Origin: Synechococcus sp.
Lineage (GTDB): Bacteria; Cyanobacteriota; Cyanobacteriia; PCC-6307; Cyanobiaceae
Length of the DNA: 64,000 nt
NCBI GenBank assembly: GCA_047285305.1
Contig: JBJBDL010000003.1
Location: 1,664,001-1,728,000, forward strand
Reading direction: 5' to 3'
Part shown: one piece after another, positions 29,450-38,699 of the stretch
How the letters are laid out: the number at the start of each line of letters is the position of its first letter
How positions within the stretch are numbered: the stretch's first letter is position 1
Notes under the pieces: generated by a model
The model's database searches: none
What the model saw: only the letters and a program-made list of their open reading frames with translations
What the model was told of the DNA's origin: nothing
Translations under genes and position numbers: made by a program

Positions 29450-29870
29450 TGCTTTCTGGATTTGCCGGAATGTATGCGAGAAAAGAATGAAGCCCCAATA
29501 ACTTTTTGAACCAAAACGTTGAAATTCGAATCCTCCCTTATTAATCAATGAAAAAACTTCATATTTTTTCTTGGAGAAATAAAAAATTGCTCAACATCCT
29601 TCCCCAAGACCTCGATCGATGCATCAACACATGCAAAGGTGCTCTGCCTTGGTTGGACCGTGGTCGCAAGCCAAGGCCACCAGAAGCTTCTCTCAAGCCT
29701 CGTTTTGACTGAGAGGAGCTTCCTTTCTCGAGGACAACAACAACTCATTAATCGATATTCCGTCGGACTCGCCAACATCCTTGAGACCTGAACAGAGTCC
29801 TGTTCGATATGGCTCCCCGTTCAAGCAGCGAATTCGCCATCGTGAAGCCGGGGCGTCGCCTCGGCAGCAG

Positions 29871-30182
29871 ATGCTTTGCAGAGCTGTCTTCCGTTTGCTG
29901 TCGCCCCACCCCTTGCCCCGTTACCGCGCCACCCACGAACCACCAGAACAGCGTGGCGGAGAAGGCTGGCTGGTGAGCGCAGAGCAGCAGAAGGTGGTGC
30001 AGTTCAAGCCAGATGCATCCACTGTTCATGCCCAATGGGTGGCGGTGCGCACCTACAGCTGGATCCCGCCCAGCCCGCCGGTTCCCCAGACCCGGCGGCG
30101 GATGCTGCGGCACAACGCCATCGAAGCCTGGAACACGATGCTCAAAACAGGCTGGCGGCGCTGTCCACCACCGGTGCGCTGA
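29871..30182 (+). CDS. DUF1651 domain protein
   Basis: EGWLVS..KVVQFKP...NAIEAW..MLKTGWRRC; paralog of 10292. Confidence 0.8.
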   Translation: MLCRAVFRLLSPHPLPRYRATHEPPEQRGGEGWLVSAEQQKVVQFKPDASTVHAQWVAVRTYSWIPPSPPVPQTRRRMLRHNAIEAWNTMLKTGWRRCPPPVR

Positions 30183-31068
30183 TGAATCTCAGTGACGACT
30201 GCTGGACCCCTGCAAACTCTTTCGCCAACGTGATTGAAGTTGCGATCAACCGATGACCGACGGATCCGGCACCTGGGCCAACAATCAGCCCCCAGCAGCA
30301 GCCGAAAAACTCTGGAGAGGCCTGGCTCTGGTGGGAGCCTTCCACATCGGAGGAATGCTGATCAACGTCATCTTCCAGATGATGGGTAATAACAGCCTGG
30401 ATGGAATTCCCGCCAAATTCCTCGGCCTCTGAGCCGATCAGCCACGAAAAAACGCTATGTAGCCCCTGCAGCAAGCAGGGGTTTGTTATCGGCTACTTGG
30501 GAAGCACCAAGAGGATCAGCCGCAAGCGCAATCAAGGCAAGACCCAAGCAACCAGGACTGAGCACAATTGCTCATTGTTAAGGGAGATTGCGCAGCATTA
30601 AGTTCTCCTCGCATGCACGAGTCGTTCCCGAGGAGTGGGCTCTTCGGGAACCTTTTTTTGGGTAAGTTCCCCTCAGGTGAGTGATGTATCCCTAGGTGGG
30701 CCTGCGGATACATCTCCTCCTATCAAACTGCCGCTTGTCGCTGAGATCCGAGAGGAGAGGAACAGGCGCGGGAACGTGCTCCCTAATCCCTCCAGAAGCG
30801 TTAGAAGTGGAGCTCGCGCCAGCGCAATCTTGGCCATGCGGGGATGATTTTTATTGAGCTGAAATTCCTATTCCACTTCCTGAGAATTCCCTGAGAAACG
30901 CTCCGATCGAACCTCGCACGGCCCTCCACTGATCCACTCTTGAGACGAAAGCTGTGATGCCTTCAATGCGTCAAGCAGGAGCGGGTTTAGAGGCTGGCTC
31001 TTTTTTTGATCGGAAGGCCAGCAATCCGCCTCACTAACCACAAGACTGAAACCAGCTGATCTACCGCC

Positions 31069-32832
31069 GTGCTCCCCCAGCTCAAAGCGTTGCTTCTGGC
31101 GCTGAGCCTTTGGAGCAGTCTCACCGCAGCGGCAGCCCAGATCAGCCGTGACGATCCGGAATCCAGCGACCCCAACAGCAGAGGCATCTCCACCGCCCGC
31201 GGATCTGCCGTGGTGGTCACCGCCAATCCCCTCGCCAGCACGGCGGCGCTGGCTGCGCTGAAGGACGGCGGCACCGCCATCGATGCTCTGGTCACAGCCC
31301 AGGCTGTGCTGGCGGTGGTGGAACCTCAGAGCTCTGGCCTGGCGGGTGGCGGTTTTCTGCTGCACTGGGATGCCAAACAAAACCAGCTTGCAGCGCTGGA
31401 TGGCCGTGAAGTGGCCCCCGAACGGAGCCGCCCTACCGACCTGCTCGACGCCGCTGGGGATCCACTCCCCTGGCATCAAGCCACCAACCAAGCCAACGCC
31501 ATCGGCATTCCCGGCACCGTAGCCCTGCTCTGGGAGGCCCATCAAAATCACGGCCGTCTGCCCTGGGCACAAACCCTGCAACCGGCGATCCGCCTCGCCA
31601 GCGCTGGCTTTCTGCCGAGCCCACGGCTGTTGCGCTCCATTCGGAGGGCCCGACGTTTCGGCGTGGCCCACAGCCCTAAGTTTCAAGCGCTCTACCTGCC
31701 CGGCGGCCAGCCACCAGCCTCAGATCAACCCTTCCGCAACCCTTCCCTGGCACGCACTCTGAGGCTGCTGGCCAGGGAAGGGGGTCCGGCGTTTTATCAA
31801 GGGCCTCTAGCACAGCAGATCCTGCGCGGGATCAACACCCTGCAGGCCAGCGAGCCGAACTTCCGCGGCTGGAGCTCCGCTGATCTGAGCAGCTATGCCG
31901 TGGTCCGACGCATCCCTCTCTGCAGCCAGCAGCTCCAGCACCGGATCTGCACAATGCCGCCGCCCAGCAGCGGTGGCTTTGCGCTGCTGCAAACCCTGGC
32001 GCTGCTGAACCAGACCACCAACCTGGCCAGCTCCAGCGCGGGTGAGCCGCAGGTGTGGCGGAAGCTGGCCCGTGCCCAGGCCTGGGCCGATGCCGACCGC
32101 CTCTACTGGGTGCACGACCCCATCGATGGAGCAGTGCCAATCGTAGCCCTGCTGGATCCGGCCTACATCGCCCGCCGAGCCAGAGCAATGCAGGGCACCA
32201 ACGGCTCAAGGCCAACACCTGGACTACCCCAAAGCATCGATCGTTATCCCTTCGGCAGGCCGGATCGGGGCATCGAACAGGGCACCAGCCAGATCACAAT
32301 CGTGGACTCGAGCGGCAACATCGCCTCCTACACCTCCTCGGTGGAGACGCTCTTCGGGAGTCGGCACCTGATAGGAGGCATGGTGATGAATAATCAGCTC
32401 ACCGATTTCGCCTTCAAGCCCAGGCTTGGAGGAAAACTGGTCGCCAACCACCGACTGCCCGGACGTCGGCCGATGTCATCGATGGCGCCGACGCTGGTGT
32501 TCCGCAATGGCGAGCCGGTGCTAGCCCTAGGCAGTCCCGGCGGCCGCAGCATTCCCCATCTGCTCAGCCGGGTGCTGCTGGCGTCATTGGTCTGGAACGA
32601 ACCGCCGGCACGAGCGGTGGGGCTTCCCCATCTCTCCCGGCGAGGCACAACGCTTGTGCTGGAAAGCGATCCGCCGCTGCCCTGGCCTTTGCCGCTGCAA
32701 CAGCTCACAAGCGAGGCAAGCCCGCGACTTCAGAGCATCGGCAGCGGGACCGCTCTGCTTCAAAAAATCGATGCTGGCTGGCAGGGGGCCGCGGATCCGC
32801 GCCGCGAAGGCACGGCCCTGGCCCTGCCCTGA
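31069..32832 (+). CDS. ggt: Gamma-glutamyltransferase
   Basis: VVEPQSSGLAGGGF, DGRE.AP, GTSQITIVD, FGS, MNNQLTDF, RPMSSMAP, GSPGG, ADPRREG. Confidence 0.95.
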   Translation: MLPQLKALLLALSLWSSLTAAAAQISRDDPESSDPNSRGISTARGSAVVVTANPLASTAALAALKDGGTAIDALVTAQAVLAVVEPQSSGLAGGGFLLHWDAKQNQLAALDGREVAPERSRPTDLLDAAGDPLPWHQATNQANAIGIPGTVALLWEAHQNHGRLPWAQTLQPAIRLASAGFLPSPRLLRSIRRARRFGVAHSPKFQALYLPGGQPPASDQPFRNPSLARTLRLLAREGGPAFYQGPLAQQILRGINTLQASEPNFRGWSSADLSSYAVVRRIPLCSQQLQHRICTMPPPSSGGFALLQTLALLNQTTNLASSSAGEPQVWRKLARAQAWADADRLYWVHDPIDGAVPIVALLDPAYIARRARAMQGTNGSRPTPGLPQSIDRYPFGRPDRGIEQGTSQITIVDSSGNIASYTSSVETLFGSRHLIGGMVMNNQLTDFAFKPRLGGKLVANHRLPGRRPMSSMAPTLVFRNGEPVLALGSPGGRSIPHLLSRVLLASLVWNEPPARAVGLPHLSRRGTTLVLESDPPLPWPLPLQQLTSEASPRLQSIGSGTALLQKIDAGWQGAADPRREGTALALP

Positions 32833-32848
32833 GGCAGCCAGCCGGCGC

Positions 32849-33241
32849 TCAACCTTTGGAGCGCAGGTGCGTGAAGCTGGGCACGCCATTGCCCCAGGCA
32901 CGGGTGATGGCCAAGATCAATCCGCCAATCAGGGCCAGGTTCATCGCAAAGCCACTGTCCACAGGAAAGGTGTGGAAGATCAGCGTGGTGGGCACCAGGA
33001 ACAGCAGCAGCAGCGAGGAGCCCAGCACAGTGTTGCTACCGAATACCAGCAGGATCGATCCAGCGATCAGCACCACGATCGCCGCCACCAACAGCACAGA
33101 AGCCAGGGGTTCGGGGATGCCCTTGGATGCGATAAAGCCTGCGGTTTCAGCAAAGTTGGTGAACTTGGCCGGCAGGGCATTCACAAACACCGCCGCCATC
33201 AGCACTCGGCCGAGGAAATCGAACAGCTTCGAAGCATTCAT
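32849..33241 (-). CDS. DoxX family membrane protein
   Basis: GRVLMAAVF..K...TLIFH...NLALIGGL. Confidence 0.9.
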   Translation of the reverse strand: MNASKLFDFLGRVLMAAVFVNALPAKFTNFAETAGFIASKGIPEPLASVLLVAAIVVLIAGSILLVFGSNTVLGSSLLLLFLVPTTLIFHTFPVDSGFAMNLALIGGLILAITRAWGNGVPSFTHLRSKG

Positions 33242-33406
33242 GGGATCAATAGCCCGCAGGCAGAGCAGTCATGACAAGCACCCTAGAGAGCAACTGTTCA
33301 GCAAGAACATTCACCGGCCACCAGAGGATGAGCTAATCCAGGGATGGAGATCAGCCGTCAAAGGCGGTAAGACGGAGTTCAGCAGGGTCGGGATGGGCCG
33401 AGCTCG

Positions 33407-34282
33407 ATGCTGGAGATCAGACCCTTCGCCCCAGCCGACCTCGACGTGGTCACGGCCTTGGCCCGTGAGCAGGATTTCGCTCCAGGGGTCGGCGACATCG
33501 AGATCTACGCCAACACCGATCGCCAGGGGGTCTGGCTCGCTTGGCAAGACAACGCACCAGTGGGGTGCATCGCGGCGGTCACCTACAACCCCGACTACGC
33601 CTTCATTGGCCTGTTCGTGGTGAAGCCGGAGCATCGGGGCCAAGGGATCGGCCGTCGGCTCTGGCATCACGCCTTAAAAACACTCAGCGGCGTTCAGTGC
33701 ATCGGCCTGGAGGCCGCGGTGCAAATGGTGGGCTTCTATGAACGAGCTGGATTTCAGAAGGACTGCATCACCACACGCCGGCAGATGCTGTTCCGCAGCG
33801 AAGCATCACTGGACGCAAGCCCCAGCCAGCGCAGCGACGTCGCCGTCGTGCCCTTGCTCCAGGTGTCGCTGGAGGCGATTCAGCGCTACGACGAACGCCA
33901 TGAGATCAGCCCAAGACCCCACTTCCTTGAACTATGGCTCCGCCACAGAGCAGGAGATGTGTTTGCGGCGAGAGATGCCGAGGGCGAATGCCATGGTTAC
34001 GTGCGCATTCGGCCTTGCCTGCTGCCGATCGGCGAGGGATGGCGTGTGGGCCCCTGGCTCGCCGAAGACCCCGGCATGGCCTCGCTGTTACTCAACAACG
34101 CCCTGGACCACCACAACGGTGTCGTACTGATCGACACCCCCGGCCACAACCCGAGCGCCAAAACTATTCTCAGCGCCAGGGGCTTCAAACCCATGACGTC
34201 AACGGTGCGGATGTACAAGGGCGTGATCCCCAAGGGGCACGACCGCAACGTTTACGGCCTGGCCTGCCTCGAGCTGGGTTGA
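33407..34282 (+). CDS. Two-domain GNAT N-acetyltransferase
   Basis: FIGLFVVKPEHRGQGIG, FYERAGF, RVGP and C-terminal ELG. Confidence 0.9.
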   Translation: MLEIRPFAPADLDVVTALAREQDFAPGVGDIEIYANTDRQGVWLAWQDNAPVGCIAAVTYNPDYAFIGLFVVKPEHRGQGIGRRLWHHALKTLSGVQCIGLEAAVQMVGFYERAGFQKDCITTRRQMLFRSEASLDASPSQRSDVAVVPLLQVSLEAIQRYDERHEISPRPHFLELWLRHRAGDVFAARDAEGECHGYVRIRPCLLPIGEGWRVGPWLAEDPGMASLLLNNALDHHNGVVLIDTPGHNPSAKTILSARGFKPMTSTVRMYKGVIPKGHDRNVYGLACLELG

Positions 34283-34293
34283 TCGCAGAACGA

Positions 34294-34458
34294 TCACTCC
34301 ACCAGGAATTCGCTGCGTAAGGCCCGCGCATCCTGAATCCGCTGCCCCACCGCGAGCTGGCGGAGGCGGGTGTTTAACCAGGTGCGAAGTCGGGTGGACG
34401 ACACCGACTTTTTCAACAGTCCGTCCGAAGGCTCAGGCGTGCCGAAGGGAATCGTCAT
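34294..34458 (-). CDS. 54 aa hypothetical protein
   Basis: RLRTWLNTRLRQLAVGQRIQDARALRSEF. Confidence 0.55.
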   Translation of the reverse strand: MTIPFGTPEPSDGLLKKSVSSTRLRTWLNTRLRQLAVGQRIQDARALRSEFLVE

Positions 34459-34944
34459 CAGCAACGCGCGGGGATTCAGGCTAATCAGATAGCAGCCACG
34501 CCAGCCCGACTTTCAGCTGGTTCAACCCTGAAAGGCAATGCGTGTTCGTGCTGATTGCAAGGGCCTGGCTCAGCCCCAAGACTTTGTGCATCGAGATCGG
34601 AGGCGTCCATGCGAGACGACGGTCCAACCGAGCAGGCTTCAGAAGCAAGCTGACTTTCAGGCCCCTGCTCCAACAGTTTTCACACCTCTTGTTGGGTGCG
34701 CCCTTCGACAGGCCTTGTGCGAAAGGCCAGGCCGATCGGCACTCCATCTGCACCGTGCCAGATGCCCTAAGGAACTTCCATCACCCGACCCATTGGAACC
34801 TGGCCCCAGGCGCCATAAGCCAGACGCTTCGACCTTCCTTCAGCCACATCTGATGGATTGCGTCATGCACAAAAGAGCTAGTCAGGCCGCCTGTTCACCG
34901 GAACGGGACGGCCACAAGAACCCTGAACACCACCGTTAAGACAC

Positions 34945-34983
34945 AGACCCCCGGCCCCCTCCTTCATAGGGACCGGGGGTCTG
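34945..34983. terminator. Long GC hairpin, possible bidirectional terminator
   Basis: CAGACCCCCGG...CCGGGGGTCTG. Confidence 0.5.
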
Positions 34984-34991
34984 CTGCTGAT

Positions 34992-35411
34992 TCAGGCCTT
35001 GCGATTTTGATCGGCCTGCCGCAGTTGCTCACGAAGGATAATCGGATCATCACAGTGGGATCTGCGGTAAAGCGCTTTGATCTTGCGTGACTCCTCATCG
35101 AGCAACTCCAGCTCAACCGCGTCCGCCATTCCCACGGTGAAATCTTCGATCTGACGGTCTTCAAACTGATTCTCCAGAGCCATCAACTCTTTCAACGAAT
35201 CGCTCATATAGAGACAACTCGACGCCATCAACTTAAGGTTTTCCCGAATCTTGATGTCAGCCTGCTCGCGAACATCCCGGGCCTTTTCCAGCGTGGCAAT
35301 CAGATCTCCACTGGCCGCCTCCTCAATCGTTGCCGCAGAAACCGTTGAGGTTGTTGCACAACCCAGCATCAGCACCAGCAGCAACGCCAGAACGGATTGC
35401 AAAACCTTCAT
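34992..35411 (-). CDS. Secreted or lipoprotein hypothetical protein
   Basis: Signal peptide LVLMLGC, helical body. Confidence 0.7.
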   Translation of the reverse strand: MKVLQSVLALLLVLMLGCATTSTVSAATIEEAASGDLIATLEKARDVREQADIKIRENLKLMASSCLYMSDSLKELMALENQFEDRQIEDFTVGMADAVELELLDEESRKIKALYRRSHCDDPIILREQLRQADQNRKA

Positions 35412-35579
35412 CGGAGCCCCAGAAGAGAGGTCACGTTAAGGGGAGTCATCAGACGACGTCCCTTCAAATGAGGGAGACATCGTTTTAGATCACCACCCCA
35501 CAACCCCTCAAGTGGGTGATGTGTGGCCCTCAGGTTTTACCGATGCTGATGGAACACGATCCGAGGAGCACCGAAAACC

Positions 35580-35757
35580 ATGACCAAGACAACCGCCAAA
35601 GCTCAATTGCTCGATCTGCTGATCGAACCGCTGAAGGGATGCAAAGGGCTTTATTACCATCGGCAGAACCTGATGCAACGGGTGATGCGCACCTCCAGAT
35701 CTAGAGGTGCGCGATCACCTCGATCGGCTCAAGGCCAGCCATTTCCCAGGCACGTAA
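35580..35757 (+). pseudogene. Small gene with a frameshift
   Basis: MTKTTAKAQLLDLLIEPLKGCKGLY..RVMR then PDLEVRDHLDRLKASHFPGT in a shifted frame. Confidence 0.55.
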
Positions 35758-35887
35758 ACCATCAAGAGCCAAAGAGCGCAATTCTTAAGGAATACTGAGA
35801 GAGGCAAAGAAAACAACCCCGTATCGGTTGTCGCAGCCCGGTCCAATCACGGATCCGTAGGACGGCTGCAGTTTCAAACGTGATCCC

Positions 35888-36070
35888 ATGGCCGAAACCC
35901 TGCGTTTTCCCTACTCCGTTCAAGGCAATGGAACCGTGGAATCGATCGGAAATCACCTGTATCAGGTCTGCGGACCAGTCGGATGCACCGTTGTGATGGG
36001 GCTCAGCTACGCGCTCTACCTGAGTCGCAACGTACCTGAAGTGGAACACTTCCACCGCTCACATCGATGA
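35888..36070 (+). CDS. Small Cx4-5C protein (paralog family A)
   Basis: NGTVESIGNHLYQVCGPVGC. Confidence 0.6.
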   Translation: MAETLRFPYSVQGNGTVESIGNHLYQVCGPVGCTVVMGLSYALYLSRNVPEVEHFHRSHR

Positions 36071-36282
36071 CAAGAAAAATCGCCCCAGCCGTGGAGCGAA
36101 TCATCAAGCCAGAGCAATCCCCATCACCCGGCAAATAGCACCAGACCTTGATGCCTTGGCTCGATAGTACTCATCCAGCCCCAGATCTAGGGGGAGCAAT
36201 ATCACTTATGCAGGCCCCTTGATCACACATCAACGCTGCATGTGGTGGCCATGCTCGTTATGCTGGGAGATCCCCATCACCC

Positions 36283-36308
36283 GGCCCGCCTCTACGGCGG
36301 GCTTTTTT
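36283..36308 (+). terminator. Intrinsic terminator
   Basis: GCCCGCC-TCTAC-GGCGGGC followed by T6. Confidence 0.75.
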
Positions 36309-36493
36309 GTTACATCACCCCAGATGTAGCGCCAGGGGCAACACTTTGCGTAGGGGTCACAGAAAAGGGAGGGTTCCCTAGCCCCTCCCCTTTTCGACGG
36401 TGTCCCCCCTGTTCTGAGCCGGGGGGTTACGCGTTGATTCTGTATCCCTAGGAACCAAAAGGAAAAGGTGATTGCACCTAGCCAAAGGTCGCA

Positions 36494-36670
36494 TCAGCGA
36501 TCAAGCAGGCCAGCGTCAATCTTGGTGTCGGGATTGAGCTTGATCAGCATCCAAAGCAACATGGCCGAGCAATCGCGATCACTCACGCCGTAGTCATATT
36601 TCCAGTCAGCCACCATTCCCTTGAGGTCTGCCTGAGCCTGGGTGATGAACTCATCGTTCCATTCCTGCAC
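36494..36670 (-). CDS. 58 aa hypothetical protein
   Basis: VQEWNDEFITQAQADLKGMVADWKYDYGVSDRDCSAMLLWML. Confidence 0.6.
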   Translation of the reverse strand: MQEWNDEFITQAQADLKGMVADWKYDYGVSDRDCSAMLLWMLIKLNPDTKIDAGLLDR

Positions 36671-36678
36671 CAATCGAT

Positions 36679-36948
36679 TCAGTCCTCTTCGAGATCCTCT
36701 TCTTTGACGTAGAAGGGCTCATCAGAACCGGGCTGATCGTTCTCCAGCACGAGCACCTTGAGCGAATCATCGCTCTCAAACACAAAGAGGCCATCCTCAT
36801 CGGGATGCACCCCCTTCATTTCAGGATGCTGGTTGACGAGGCGCTTGAGGCGGTGCTTCTCCTTCCAGAACTTGGTCCCCTTTTCAACCAAATAAACCGT
36901 CAGAGCCAAGTTCACCAGCACGAGGGCGAGGAACTCCAAGGCCTGCAT
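36679..36948 (-). CDS. Membrane-anchored hypothetical protein
   Basis: N-terminal TM, HPEM motif, acidic tail. Confidence 0.65.
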   Translation of the reverse strand: MQALEFLALVLVNLALTVYLVEKGTKFWKEKHRLKRLVNQHPEMKGVHPDEDGLFVFESDDSLKVLVLENDQPGSDEPFYVKEEDLEED

Positions 36949-37060
36949 AAATCAAAACCGTGCTCAGACGACACTAGCGATAGAAGCAGGGAGCGCCATA
37001 GCAAGCGATACCAAGCGTCCAAAGGCACAAGAAGAACGGGACAGGGCAGCAATGCCGGCT

Positions 37061-37079
37061 CATAATGAGAATGATTCTC
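37061..37079 (+). promoter_or_regulatory. Fur/Zur-like box
   Basis: CATAATGAGAATGATTCTC versus the Fur consensus GATAATGATAATCATTATC, just upstream of the GAGGAGG RBS. Confidence 0.7.
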
Positions 37080-37098
37080 GGATGTCGAGGAGGTTGCG

Positions 37099-37878
37099 AT
37101 GGGGCAGGTGTGCCTGATTTCAGGTCCTCCGGGGTGCGGGAAAACAACCTGGGCGCTCCAAAGGCTTCAGCAGCATCAAGGTCCCTGCGCTTACCTGCGG
37201 CTGGGGGGAGAGAAGGAAGCGGGGCTTGAGCAGGGGGAAGACAGCGGAATCGACCTGGCCTGGCTCAAGGACCAGGTGCCCAGGCTTGAGGAACCGGCGA
37301 CAGCCAAAACGACAGACCTGAAGCAGGACAACGATGGGCTGACCCTGATCGAAGTGCAGCAGTTCCACCCCCCCAGCAAGGATGGCATTGAAGGTCTCGG
37401 AGACGACGTTCGTTCCAAGCTGGAGGCCTTGCAACTGCACCCCGATCAACTCCTGCACTTCGGGCGAGACCCTGAATTGCCTGCGAAGGACACCTTGGAG
37501 TTCAGCAAGCTCGAGGCCTGGCACACCTCCCTTTCCGGTTCTGTCTGGGATCCCAACAGCCTTAGCAGCTTCTGGTTTGAACTCGTCAATGGTGCCTACG
37601 GGGATGTGTACCGCGCCAAAGGCCTGATGAATCTTCCTGACGGGCGTGGATTTTTCTGCAATTGGATGGTGAGCCAGCAGTCATCCCAGTTCCTTCCCCT
37701 GGACACCACGGCACCACCGCAGGGTCGCCCCAGTCGAACCTCAGAGATCGTTGTCCAGGGGAAGGCACTCAACCCTGAAGGCATTCAAGCCACGATCAAC
37801 GACTGTCTGCTCGCGGATGACGTGCTCGCCATGCAGCAACAACAGATCCAACAACAACAACCCACATCGCAAGGCTGA
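37099..37878 (+). CDS. CobW-like (G3E-related) P-loop protein with CobW C-terminal domain
   Basis: Walker A GPPGCGKTT; C-terminal GAYGDVYRAKG...SEIVVQG. Confidence 0.75.
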   Translation: MGQVCLISGPPGCGKTTWALQRLQQHQGPCAYLRLGGEKEAGLEQGEDSGIDLAWLKDQVPRLEEPATAKTTDLKQDNDGLTLIEVQQFHPPSKDGIEGLGDDVRSKLEALQLHPDQLLHFGRDPELPAKDTLEFSKLEAWHTSLSGSVWDPNSLSSFWFELVNGAYGDVYRAKGLMNLPDGRGFFCNWMVSQQSSQFLPLDTTAPPQGRPSRTSEIVVQGKALNPEGIQATINDCLLADDVLAMQQQQIQQQQPTSQG

Positions 37879-37883
37879 TTGAC

Positions 37884-38699
37884 ATGAACCACGCCGTCAT
37901 CTCCTGTTTGCACTCCAACCTTGCCGCCGTGGAGGCCGTGCTTGACGACATCGACTCCCAGGGCATCCAAACCATCACCTGTCTCGGAGACCTTGTGGGC
38001 TATGGACCCCAGCCCAATGAAGTGGTGCAACTGGTGCGTAAGCGCGAGATTCCCACCTGCCAAGGGTGCTGGGACGAAGACATCATTGACGGTCTGAATG
38101 CCTGTGAATGCAGCTATCCCTCCCAACTGGCGGAACGACGAGGCCATCGCGCTCATCACTGGACAGCCGATCTGCTGACGGAGGAGAACAAGGCCTTTCT
38201 GGCTGAACTTCCGATGACACTGCGGCGCGACAAGCTGCTGTTTGTGCATGGCAGTCCGAACAGTCAGCACGAATATCTGTTGCCTGACATGAATGCCTTT
38301 GCGGCCCTTGAGCGAGTGGAAACAGCAGGGGCGGAAACCTTGTTCTGCGGCCACACCCATCAGCCCTATGTACGCGAACTACGCCAGGGATCCATTCGGG
38401 TGAAGGTGCAACAACGCGATCAAGGCGCAGCAACAGAGCAAGAGCTGGCACTGCCGATGCGGCGGATCGTTAACGCTGGTTCCGTTGGGGAACCCCGTCA
38501 TGGCAGCACCAAAGCCACTTATGTCATCCATAACGACAACACCGGAGAGGTGACGATTCGAGAGGTCGACTACGACGTCGCTAAAACCTGTCGAGCGATC
38601 GTTGATGCGGGCTTACCGGAGGTGTTTGCCTGGAGACTGAGCCACGGCTTCGAATATGCCGAGCGGGCTGAAGACGCCAGCCACGTGTGCGAGCGCTGA
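37884..38699 (+). CDS. Calcineurin-like metallophosphoesterase
   Basis: SCLHSN, CLGDLVGYGP.P, FVHGSP, FCGHTH and NAGSVG.PR. Confidence 0.9.
   Translation: MNHAVISCLHSNLAAVEAVLDDIDSQGIQTITCLGDLVGYGPQPNEVVQLVRKREIPTCQGCWDEDIIDGLNACECSYPSQLAERRGHRAHHWTADLLTEENKAFLAELPMTLRRDKLLFVHGSPNSQHEYLLPDMNAFAALERVETAGAETLFCGHTHQPYVRELRQGSIRVKVQQRDQGAATEQELALPMRRIVNAGSVGEPRHGSTKATYVIHNDNTGEVTIREVDYDVAKTCRAIVDAGLPEVFAWRLSHGFEYAERAEDASHVCER

Noticed and set aside
34481..34860. Overlapping ORFs in several frames
   Set aside because: No consistent frame or motif; perhaps a gene remnant, but not supportable
37830..37865. CAA/CAG repeat as a contingency locus
   Set aside because: Imperfect in-frame poly-Gln tail
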